Part shown: positions 53,229 through 64,000 of the stretch, in pieces
Layout: every line of letters begins with the position of its first letter
How positions within the stretch are numbered: the stretch's first letter is position 1
Program-made: the position numbers and the translations under genes
NCBI GenBank assembly: GCA_040954595.2
Contig: CM082595.2
Location: 7,918,317 to 7,982,316 of the forward strand
From: Balanoglossus misakiensis
Lineage: Eukaryota; Animalia; Hemichordata
DNA length: 64,000 bases
Direction: 5' to 3'
Notes under the pieces: model-generated
Databases searched by the model: none
Told to the model about the DNA's origin: nothing
The model's input: only the letters and a program-made list of their open reading frames with translations

Positions 53229-54248
53229 CTATCTATCACCAACTTTTATCAGATGAGGATCTTTTTTAGTGACATCAAGTATAAAAACCTCACCTTCGAT
53301 AACTAACTTATCGTAGCGCAAATGTGCCTTTTTGTTGTCTCTTCTGGCAGCTAACAGGAAAGGACCCAGTTTTCTTCGCTTTTCTCGAATCAGAGGAGGG
53401 AGATCTTCAGAAACACGGAGCGGTCCATCACGAGCGAGATTTTTGCTTTCTCGGAAAACTTTATCCCTGCCTTTACATCTGTTAAATTTCACCACCACTG
53501 GCTGTGGACGGGTTTTGGCTTTGGTCAGTCTATGTGCCCGCTCTATTTCAATGTTCTCACTTTCCAGTGCCAGCTCTTTGTCAATGAAGTCTCGCACCTT
53601 CGTTTCAGTATCTTCCCAATTTTCACTCTCATCTTGCTGCAGACCATGTATAATTAAATTATTTCTGCGAAGTTGGCCATTTGTATAATCCTGTTGTGAT
53701 TCCATTCGGTCCAGTCTGTTTCTCAGTTCGGTATTTTCAGATTCCAGTTCACCTATTCGTTGGTTCGCTGCAGCTATTTCCTGTTCCACACCTTTTAAGC
53801 CTTCCTTCAGCTCCACTGCTCTTTTTTCCGCCTTTATTTCAAGTTGGGAAAACTTGTCTTCGAGAGATACATGTACGTGCAGTTTTGACATCTGAGCATC
53901 AATAAACGCTTTCAGTTCGTCGACAATAGCATTCTTGTCTGTATTCTGGATTTGGGTTGGAGTTGGCAAAATATCTTCACCGCTGGAGGCAAATTTTGCT
54001 TCTGTTAATTTGCTTTGTCGTGTTTTCCTGTCCGTTGTTGATTCTGTCTTGTCCGTGGCTGAAGCTTTGGGGCAGGGGTTGCGTTCAACATCGCCACATG
54101 TCAAAAGCGTCAAGAACAATGCCATGCAGACAAAGGAATTCACAGGTACCTTGTCAGTGCCAACGTGGCCGCCGAGCATTGCTTGCAGAGGCTGAGAGAA
54201 ACATCCAATTCTTTGCCGCCACACTGTCAGTGCAACACCCATGACCAC
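53229..54248 (-). CDS. LINE ORF1p (coiled coil + RRM + CTD, L1/CR1 ORF1-like) with an N-terminal 2A-like motif
   Basis: 339-aa ORF with a heptad-rich region, LRRNNLIIHGL, IERAHRL, PVVVKF, VSEDLP and YDKLVIEG. LLTCGDVERNPCP near the N-terminus. Confidence 0.9.
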   Translation of the reverse strand: MVMGVALTVWRQRIGCFSQPLQAMLGGHVGTDKVPVNSFVCMALFLTLLTCGDVERNPCPKASATDKTESTTDRKTRQSKLTEAKFASSGEDILPTPTQIQNTDKNAIVDELKAFIDAQMSKLHVHVSLEDKFSQLEIKAEKRAVELKEGLKGVEQEIAAANQRIGELESENTELRNRLDRMESQQDYTNGQLRRNNLIIHGLQQDESENWEDTETKVRDFIDKELALESENIEIERAHRLTKAKTRPQPVVVKFNRCKGRDKVFRESKNLARDGPLRVSEDLPPLIREKRRKLGPFLLAARRDNKKAHLRYDKLVIEGEVFILDVTKKDPHLIKVGDR

Positions 54249-54794
54249 TTGTACTATTTCTTCTCTACTTCAAGTAAACGTATATGCAACTTTTCAGCCG
54301 CCAATTGCCAACAAACTGGAAATTTTTGGGAAAAGTTGGAGACACCAGACATACGCGACGTCTACGGTACTTCAGTAAACAGCGCCCTTCGTGCAATATT
54401 CAAAGATCTACAAAAACTGGCAAAAGCTTAAAGACCGCTAGATAGAGGGCACTTTTTCCCAAAATCTAGATGGTTGACCCCCCATTTTTATTCCATAGAT
54501 CAAATGTCATAGTATCATTAGTATTAATTTCAACATGATCAGACGACCTTTTATTTCGAGGTGGGTATCACCTTAAGTAAAACACCCCAAAATAACACAA
54601 TGATCCAATGGAAAGATCCTAATAAGATGCATAGAAAACAATGGATTTGGAGCAAATCATTGCCGTGAAAGGATTAAAGGAAGTGAGAATGGTAATTAGA
54701 GCTAAAGATCACCTGAATCTCCATAAATTCATCAAACAATTATCCTGCATACACTAAGACATGACAAAAACATTAAAATAGTTTTCAAAATGAA

Positions 54795-54800
54795 TTTATT
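54795..54800 (-). terminator. Polyadenylation signal AATAAA of POLR3C
   Basis: TTTATT on the + strand, ~50 nt downstream of the TAG stop. Confidence 0.6.
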
Positions 54801-54850
54801 GAAGAGAGAGGTGAAAATAATTATGCAGGATACAGACACATTGATTCATG

Positions 54851-57800
54851 CTACACAACCATGTGTATAAAACTATTCAGAATGAAGACAGTTTCATCAA
54901 GCTGAAGTTCAGTTTGTTCCAACCTGTAAGGAAAAAATAGAAGAGTTGGTAAAACATGATAGATTTTTCAGAGTTACTAACTAAAGTTGCTCCAGGTTAC
55001 CAGATTGTACTACACAAATGTTAAATTCAAGCCTTTAAAATATTTTTGAACAAATTCAAGAACCTTCAGCATCATCATAAATAAAGATCATTAAATGATG
55101 ATTATATTATAGCTTAGCCAATACAATTTTTAGAGGTTATAAACAGCCAGCATATATTTGGGAGAAATAATCACCTTGCTTCGCTCGGTGATTATTTCCT
55201 ACCAAATATGTTAATTTTCACCTGAGAGAACTTATATCTGTACCAAATATCCAAGCACACTGTTTATAACCTCATTATAATATGATTTTGCATGATAAAG
55301 ATAAACAATTTCATTATTTTAAATCCGTTGTTGGGAATAAATCATGCCAGTTCCAGGGCCTCATTGCTCACTCATCCAGAACACGCTCACTGAGCTTGTG
55401 CAAATGTGTTCTAGAATTTCTAAAGTAGCGCAATTTTATGCCACCGCCAGTAGGATTTTTAAACTGTGTTCTATTCACGTACAACGGACCACAATTCACT
55501 TCATACGAATTTGAGTCCTATCTCAAATTTCTTGGTGTTAAGCACAACTTAACAGCTATACAACCCACAAAGCAACGGCGGCGTAGAATGTCTGAATGCA
55601 ACCATCAAAGAAGGTTTGAAGACAAGCCTCGTCGAAGGGAAACCGTTCGCTAAGAGTATCCGCACAATATGGCAGAACTATCGAGTAACACCACACGCGC
55701 TTACTCAGAAATCACCAGCTGAACTCATGATAAACCACCAGCTCCGTTTACCACTGGATCAGCTGAAACCACCCACAGATGTTCAGACACAGAAGACCAT
55801 TGATTTGTAGTCACGCAACACAGAGGATATTAGAATATTAAATGATGCTATTCAGTTAGCTGGCTTAGGTAGTGATTATAATGCAAAGGACTTGAGATCT
55901 ACAGCGGCAATTACAGCTATCACAGCAAACTTTGACCCAGAGATAGTAATGAAAGTAGGGAGATGGAAAACAAGATCACCTTTCTTTGATCACTATGTCC
56001 ATAGTAAGACACCTACAACTTACACTGACAATGTACTGCAACTATATAACTTTAGGAACTGTCAGAACGTAGAAAAGTGAAAGACTCTCCATTTAGGCAT
56101 TACATTGTTATTTAATGTTAAAGTTCATTAAAAGTTCTGTTGACTACATCTCAAGTGTTGCGTGATATAAGTTTACAAAAATTGTAGTCACGCAACACAG
56201 AGGGCGCTATCATGTGACCCTACGACCTTATTGTCCTTTGCTTGGTGCGTTGTTTATTCAGATAAGATGTATTTTGAGGTAGATTGTTGGAGGAGATGTA
56301 CTGAGTATATATTGTTATTTAATGTTAAAGTTCATTAAAAGTTCGGTTTACTACATCTCAAGTGTTGCGTGACTTAAGTTTACAAAAACTGAAATCACAG
56401 ATTCAGCAGCGTCAGGAAAAGATCAAGACGTATACTGATGTGAAACAACATGCAAAATCAACCACTCTGAAAGTTGGTGACTACGTGAGAATTAAGCGAC
56501 CCAACCGCAGCCACAAATTATCAGCTTCGCTATCTCAACCTCACCGTATAGTCAGACAACTAGGGACGTCAACGTTCAAACTGGATGATGGAACAAAATG
56601 GAATATCCGACGATTAGCATGTTCTTATCATTGTTCGACATCCACTGCAAAGTGTGATGTGAAATCAGAGCAACCTCCAGGACAAGACGTACCGTCCGTC
56701 TGCCAGCCTATTTGAATGACTATGATCTCTCTTGATATGGACATAGACATGTTTGAGTTTTGAACTGGCTAGGACACTAGCTTTGACTCAGAGTTTGCAA
56801 ATTTTTGATGTTTATGAAGTTCATGTTTATTCGTGTTCATGACAATCGTTCTGAAAAGCGTATCATGCTGGAGGAGCCAATATGTTGTGTTTGGACATTT
56901 CGTTAAACATATAAGTAACTTTGCATGGCTGCTTTCCCATGATGCCTGGTGACGACCAGTTTGTATCTTTGTCGTTTAGTTGACTCATGTGCAACACGCA
57001 TTAAAAGTTGTTCTCCGAATATAACTTGTTGTCCGCCTCTGACGAACCCGACACCACAACATGTACACTTGCATGTACATTTTGTACAGGCTAAAAAATG
57101 TACATGCTAAACCACATTGCCCATTTTATATGGTACAGTATGTTACTGATACAGATGACACAATTCTGGTGATATTTGACATAGCCCCCATAGTCCACGA
57201 TTCAGACTCTATCTGACTCCACCATAGAAGAGCCGAAATGATGTGAGTTACACGTGTTTAATAAAATTTTCATGTTTAACATATCCAAATAGTCCTGATA
57301 TTCAATCTCTTTCATATTTTGATGATATGACAACTAAACCTGATATAATATACACATGTTTCTAGGAATGAGGTCTGTTAATTAGAGTAATAATCACCAT
57401 ATAACCACTTTGTCCAGTGACATGACAACAATGAGAAACTAAGTTGACCACAACCAAACTGTACAAGTGATTTTATTAACACTTCTCCCAGACAACAGAA
57501 AGGCAGCACATTGGTATTGTTTTCTGAAGAAAGGGTTACTCACTGCAATAAAAGTTTATGAACAATGTTTCACATTTAAAAGTAGAAATAATCTATAGAC
57601 ATATTAGATTGAGAGAACATTTGTGTACTGTAGTTTACAAAGCAGCACACTTCCACCTGTACCTTACTGTTTGTACCGTACCAACTGTACTAAACTACTA
57701 CCAAATCCAATCCGTATCGTACATTAGCCGATCCAGACTGAACAAAATAAAATCCATACAGAAAAGAAACAAATCTGTACTGAACAGTACACAAACTGAC

Positions 57801-60800
57801 ACATACTGTAGAATGTTTCAGAGACACTTTTTGCCATTTGTGAACTATAATTGATGCCAGTATTTGAGCTGAGACATATGTGAACAACATATTAGCAGCA
57901 AACAACATGACAGAAACAATTCAATGGTGGACTGCTGTACTTACTTGTTGACTGTATTCTTGAGTTTATTCAGCTGGGCTCTCTCTGGTGGTGTTATCAT
58001 CTCTTCAACCTCTGCAGCTTCGTCAGCGTTAGCACCGGTGCTCTGCAGAGATGCAGTGATGGCGTCAACTCGCTGGGATTTCTCAAGCAGTCTCCTGGTG
58101 ACAATGAGATACAGACAGAGATGAGGCAGACATTAATTAATGCATCAATTTCAACCAGGAAACATGCAGTGTTACAACAAAATGGGATGAAAACTAATCT
58201 CTCTGGGGTCTGCAGAAACGCTTGCCGCATGACCTAGATGTGTATACATAACGTCTGTGCAGAGGAAACAATTGAGTTCACTATAATTTGTTTTCTCTGT
58301 TTGCTTTGAAATTTAGGATACAATTTCATAACACATACATGTATATGTGCTACTTTTATTCAATTCTGATATCAGAAACCTTCAATATTTGGCGAGTTTT
58401 TGTTTCTAAATTTCTTTGTTTTCGGTTAGCAAATCTTCTCCTAAACCAATTGTCCAGTTGTTTTGAAAGTTATGGTTTACAAGGAGTTGTTACCCCCAAC
58501 TTAGACATGTTTACATAACTTTAATATGCCAGCTGTTACAGAGACTACCAGCTATTAAATTTTTAATTACCAGTGGTAGGTCAGTCAGTGTCTTTGTCTG
58601 TCTGTGTGTCTGTTCCAGGGCTGACTGAATGAAGTTGCTTGCCATATGTCTGTGTACAGACAATTTTGGTCAAAATAAATTTTTCTAGCACCACTTATAA
58701 GACTGCCATGACACATGACAGTATTTTGGGCATGTTCCTTGTTAATTATTTTTCATTCCATATTTCTATATGATTAGATCATATCTGCTTGCAATGTCAC
58801 CTGTAATTTTTATTCTGGTGTATCCCTATTTCTGCGTAATCCTCAAATGGGACCACAGTGTCCTTGACGCCATTTTTGTTACTTACTTGTTTTCATTATT
58901 GTCACGATCTCTCCTGGCTATCATATTCATCTGAGCTTTGTAACATCTTTCCAACAGCATCCTGCTTACTTCATTCAAATTGACAGAAAACAAATAAATG
59001 GTTCTGGATGGAGCATGGTCTGGTGTGCGTGGGATTTCCTGCAGCGCCACAATGTGCTCTGAAAACATGCTGTACAGCAGTTCCTTTGCTTCTTTGGCTG
59101 GTATCATGGCAAATTCCTCAACCTGCCAAATTAGTAGAAAATGTACAAAATGTTTGAGTACTTCCTCATTGCATTGTTCTCATTTGTAGGTTAATTAGTA
59201 CTGCTACCAATAATTTGTGTGTATTATAATAGATGACACAGACACGTTAGAATATTGTCATTTTCCTTATATTGCTTTTCAAAGAATGTAAAAACCAAAT
59301 ATAGACAGAAAACAGTGTGTTCATATGCTTTTTCTGCTAGGGGGTCTCAAAGACTGTGGAAAATGCCAAGTCAGCACATTCCTCACACTGCTATAAATGC
59401 TATAGTTTTCCTATGGTGAAAATATCTGTAGAGCTCTATCAGAAAATCAAAGTGCGGGGACATAGTGTTTTCTTTATATTAATTAGTACTACTCCTTTTT
59501 TGGCACCTGTTGCGAAAATTTCAAGAAAATGACAATATTGTAATACTGTTTTCTCAAAATTCTACATGTAAAGCTATGGAATGTGATAACAAAAATTCAA
59601 CATCAAATAAAAAAAAGTTTGCATTCAATCAAGAAAGTTAAGACCTCCATGCTGGGATTGGACTTTGTGTCACAAAATCTCAAAATGTTTGTGACAATTA
59701 CCAGTAAAAGACACAATATGATAGCCATAAAAAGGCGACAAAAATATTTCCATGTTAGCAATCACACAACTAGCAAAGAGATGTCTGTTAGCATTTCCAC
59801 TTCTCAGAAATTTACTGGATTTCCTGTTCAGAAATTATCATATTTCTCATGTAAGAGCCCCTTCTCAGGAAAAGGCCAATCCTAATTCATAGTGAATTTT
59901 TCCAGTTTTTTCTTATACAAATTTAGTGTGCATAAATCATCCAATTTTAGTTGTAAATAAATAATATGAGGTTATTACGAAAATACCGTATGCACGAGGA
60001 CATTAGCGCCAAGTATCGCCCGACGCGTAGCGGAGGGCGATGCGCTGCGCTAATGTCCGAGTGCATACTTTGCGGTATTTTCGTAATAACATTATTATTA
60101 TACATTTTACATCTCCGTTAGTTCTTGTGTTGCATGTTACTTGGCTTTCAAAACGCCCAAAATGCCGATACAATCGATCGAAAACCGTTCAGTTGACTCA
60201 GTGAGCAGCCATCTTTCTTTTTTGTTTACGTGTGCGCATGTGCGTTGGAGTGGGGGCGCCTTGAAACTGTCCGCATAACAACGCATACCTGTACACGGTG
60301 AGTTGGGGCGCCTTGAAACTCAAAACTTATTTAACGCGCGTTCCATACGTACCGTTCCGTACGGCTTTTTATTGCACGCCAAAATCTATTGTTCTCGGCA
60401 CTAGATGTATAATAAATTATCATATTCTTAGCTTGTGGACTTCAGCAAACCTGCCATATGACAATTCTCTCGACCTTAAATAGGTTTTTGGCTACCTAGG
60501 TTGGTTATAAAAATCTCACATGGTCGACACAATTTCAAGATGGCCTATTCTTGCCATGTTTGAAGAATAGGAGTTCATAAGCTAAAGTGATGGTGGGTCA
60601 TTCTGAAACTTTTTAACAGAAAAAATAACAAAATGTGAAAAAAAAGTTTAATGAGTTTAATATGGTAACTACAAAGACAGACATGTTTGACCAAAGGAAG
60701 TCATGAAATACAGTAAACATATCATTTCTTCTATCTCTTACTACAGTGGGTTGTCGACTTTTCGACCAGAATGCAATGTGATTTGAACCCCTAGCACAAA

Positions 60801-62656
60801 GTGAAAACCTATTTAAGGCAGCCACAATTTTGTAACATACTAAAGTGAGTGCTTGGGCAATAGCCGAAATGGAATTTTCACAGTGACTGTACTTCATAAT
60901 ATTACATGTATCAAAATACTCACCATTTGATTTTTTTTTCAAAAATGCTATTCTCACCTGTTTTTGTTCCAAATGCTTTTTGAGTAATAACAATCTGAAG
61001 ATCCTGAAACATTTTGATCCAAATCTTTCTTGTACAACAGACTCCACATGAGCAGTGCATAATACCTTGATTGCCTTATAAATATCTGGGTACGTGTCAG
61101 GAACTATACAATTCATTTTATGTTTTACTGTGGAAGTAGGAAGACATGGCCCTCACTAGTTTAGGTTCTTGTCAACCTGTGGTGACATTATTTGTTTCTA
61201 TCAAGATTTTATTGACCAAATAGAGGTGTTTCTGGCCCTCTATACTCACAACAGCTCTCAACACTGGTGGTATGTGATCATATTGTTAGCCCTTTTCTTT
61301 CTGTGTCACTGCCAGGATTTGCTCCAATTATACTCCAATCTCATTGCTTCTAATGTGAATTGTGACCAACACACACAACAAGTGAGTAGGAGTATTAAAG
61401 CCCAATATGTTGCAACGTTTTGCACATTTTAACGATAAAATACTGCAATCTTTCCTGTATCCATAACCAACAGATGACACTGTTTTGAAACGCATGTGTA
61501 CATACCACGATAGTTGTGAACTCTTGCAATGGGTGGCTGAATAAAGTGGTGCAGCACCCAGTTATCATTTTACTTGACATTTAAACTGATAGGGCATTTC
61601 ATAATGTTTCAGGAATTTGAACAAGAAATTGCAGTTTAGCAGTAGCTACACAAATCAAACATATAGCATCAAACTGAAAACACAGCAGACAGTCACAGCT
61701 ATAGATGGAGCTTTAAAAGGATCTAAGGTTGAGAGTAAAATCATGAAAAATATTGTACAAAGTAACAGCTCATGGGGCTATAAACATCACCAGGCGTAAA
61801 AAGACAGCAAATTTTCACCACCATTTTATTTGTGATATCACAAAGGATACTTATGGCATACATTCCACCACCACTCTCTCCACATTTGTTGACAATCTCC
61901 ATCTGAAAATAAAAATTAAAAACAGAGGCAGAAAACTGCAGCTTCAAAATTCACGATGATAAAAACACAAACTGCACACTATCAAAGAGAAACATCTTAC
62001 CATTAAAGAATCAATAGCTTTTGGCAGTTTTTACAGTTGAGAATCATAAAAATTAAGAATGGAAGAAAACAGCCTCATCCAAAGGCTGTTTTCTTGCAGC
62101 CTGATGTGAAGTACATATTTCCATGGCTTGCATGGATATCGATGATGAAGATGCAGATTTGTCATTTTTGTTTCAAAGTGATTTCACAAAAGCAAAGTTT
62201 GAAGTCGACGAGATTTTTCATGAGAAGTTTACTGCTTATGGATGCGCACTCACCAAATTTCAATGTGAAATGTAGAACTTATATTTTACAGAGGAAGATC
62301 AGAAATTAACACCGATTCACTGTGTTTGAGCAGACTGGAACAATTTTAGTTTCATAAAATCACTGATTCACTGTGTTTGAGCAGACTGGAACAATTTTAG
62401 TTTCATAAAATCATTAAAATATTGAAAAAAGGCAGCTATTAGAGGCTTTTATACAACATTTATACTGAGAGTAATCAAGTACCTGATCATCAGCAAGCAA
62501 CTTCAGATACTGATCGAATGTAGACCTTGGAAACTTGAGTTCTTTGGGCAAAGCTGCATAGATTTCATGGCTTGACATTGGTGTTGTGAGCAAGGCCTTT
62601 GGGTCTGTAGTCACTTCACTGATGCGTAGCATTGTCCGTACAACTTCCCCTGCTAT
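54851..62656 (-). CDS. POLR3C: DNA-directed RNA polymerase III subunit RPC3 (RPC62), last six coding exons; 5' part not found in the window
   Basis: Exons 62483-62656, 61851-61902, 60958-61085, 58887-59122, 57945-58094 and 54851-54923, all GT-AG with consistent phase. Peptides GESGGGMY, ESVVQERFGSKCFRIFRL, EQKQVEEFAMIPAKEAK, LQEIPRTPDHAPSRT, RLLEKSQRV, EEMITPPER and QLDETVF are recognised from RPC3. Confidence 0.96.
55133..55273. repeat. ~140-bp palindromic (hairpin) element
   Basis: Outer GAGGTTATAAACAG...CTGTTTATAACCTC, inner AAATAATCACC-TTGCTTCGCTC-GGTGATTATTT. Confidence 0.75.
55460..57061 (+). mobile_element. 3' fragment of a Ty3/Gypsy LTR retrotransposon (integrase C-terminal part, PPT, 3' LTR) in the last POLR3C intron
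   Basis: NGPQFTSYEFESYL..GVKH, NGGVE, YRVTPHALTQKSPAELM and LKVGDYVRIK. Purine tract GGAGGAG at ~56870. LTR TGTTGTG...CACAACA at 56883-57061. Confidence 0.88.
55805..56387 (+). mobile_element. Miniature, internally deleted Ngaro/PAT-like tyrosine-recombinase element with split direct repeats, inserted in the Gypsy integrase
   Basis: Repeat A (TTGTAGTCACGCAACACAGAGG) at 55805 and 56182. Repeat B (~77 bp) at 56104-56180 and 56311-56387. YR C-terminus DLRSTAA...IVMKVGRWKT...FFDHY. The Gypsy peptide resumes after it. Confidence 0.75.
59971..60415. repeat. Hairpin-containing interspersed element (120-bp palindrome 59971-60090 plus flanking module)
   Basis: GTTATTACGAAAATACCG...CGGTATTTTCGTAATAAC with nested stems. 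TACATCT/AGATGTA inverted pair at ~60108/60403. Internal direct repeat GGGGCGCCTTGAAACT twice. Confidence 0.65.
62314..62414. repeat. 51-bp tandem duplication, intronic
   Basis: GATTCACTGTGTTTGAGCAGACTGGAACAATTTTAGTTTCATAAAATCA occurs twice. Confidence 0.95.
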
Positions 62657-64000
62657 CTATTGTGTAAGAAGAGAAATCAATGGCTCTCATAATACAATGT
62701 ATACAGCAAAATTTGTCGACAAGCGGGATGGAAGGTGTGTGTGGTCCACCGTTGATTCACTATATATCCACATGTAGAATATCACAAACGGTGTCTTGTA
62801 TCAAACATAATAAGTGGAAAAATGGACAGCCAGAGAGACACTTTGTCCCAATTGTTGGATTTCAGTGATTTGTCGTGCATTTCATTTTATTCTGAGAGCA
62901 TGTTGAAATACTTGGAATTTGTTGTGCAAACACCAACCGTAAATGTAATTGCCTATGTCATTGTTGGGAAATATAGTATTGAATTCAGTTACAAGTACAT
63001 GTATCAGTGTTTTTGTCTGAGATATTTCTGGTAAAAAGGGAAAAATAGAATCTCACACCCCCAAGGATCTGGGATCGTATTTCTCACACTCGTAGGGGAT
63101 ATTTTTGTTAAGAAAGGGAAATTAATTCATTTAAGCATTCTAGCATTTTCCTTCAGTTGGCTGCCTATCTGTCCTTTGAAAATAAACAATCGCACGAAAA
63201 AACTGTTTCATGGCAGTTCCAAAATAATCTGCGCTCCTGTTAGAAATTAGCAATGTTTTTTGTCAATCAACAGGTACTTCGTAAAGCTTGTGCAATCAAT
63301 CTGTCAACATCCATGATTTATCACCAAAGTTTGTTTAACCACCCCCCTCATACACTTTTTAAGGTTCCAGCTTGCAGGTCGAACAGGCATAAACATTCAG
63401 CTTTTAAATGATATTTGGCTGGCTTCTAGCTGTATTGTCTCACTTGTGGCGTTGTCACTGATACGATACTTAGGGGTTATTACACGAATTTTGGTAGATT
63501 ACGTGTCGTATTAACCCCTTTATCATACATGAAATTTGAACCAGGCCCCTGGGATCACGGCCGCAGCCTATAGCCAAGTGAGACAGGGCGATGCGATCAG
63601 GTGATCAATGTGTAGGCCGTAGTATTATTCTAAGGGGGTTGGCAGCTTTCATTACGATGGGCACATCCCCATTCTAAATAAAATTGTCCAGTACGTTCTG
63701 TTTCAAAATATCATGTTAACAATTATTTCACATTGAGAATTCTGCAGAAGTAAAAATGATACATTCAACATGGCAAAACCGCCAGCTTTGAAAACTTTAT
63801 TACAGCTTCTAATAACCGAATTTTACAACACCCCTCTCCACTAGAGTTCTATGCCCCGTATGTCGCTCGCGCGCACAGCGAACTGTCGCGCCGATCACTG
63901 AGTCATGCTGTGTGATGATTTCAGCCCGTTCTCAAAAATACTTCGCGACACGGACGTTATATTTCACTCGATGAAATACCGTACATCTTCAATGCGAGAA

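Larger units (their letters stand above)
49524..54389 (-). mobile_element. Full-length CR1/L2-group (Crack/Daphne-like) LINE with intact-looking ORF1 and disrupted ORF2
   Basis: ORF1 + APE + RT in order, 3' tail AATAAA(AAT)n at 49524-49550, candidate TSD CGTGCA at 49518-49523 and 54390-54395. Confidence 0.92.

Noticed and set aside
62660-64000. Further upstream POLR3C exons
   Set aside because: No RPC3-like peptide with compatible splice sites was recognised. They probably lie outside the window.

Overview
Eukaryotic (animal) genomic DNA, AT-rich with spliced genes and dense repeats. The repeat and gene style suggests a marine invertebrate deuterostome, which is inference only. Two host genes are present. 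(1) A complete 10-exon + strand gene (11876-18209, 503 aa) encodes signal peptide + CUB + polycystin-1/adhesion-GPCR-type GAIN/GPS domain, and stops 14 residues after the HL|T cleavage site with no transmembrane part. (2) The last six coding exons of POLR3C (RPC3) lie on the - strand (54851-62656). The centre is a 23.9-kb composite structure (25131-49043): two inverted copies of a foldback-like TIR element enclose nine in-register units of a ~2.05-kb macrosatellite, with reciprocal 6-bp duplications (AATGAC outside, GTTAGC inside). Also present: two stacks of nested Helentron-type non-autonomous elements, a full-length frameshifted CR1/L2-group LINE with a 2A-like motif, Tx1 ORF1, DIRS RNase H and Gypsy integrase/LTR relics, and a miniature Ngaro-like element with split direct repeats. 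All calls were made by eye without database searches.
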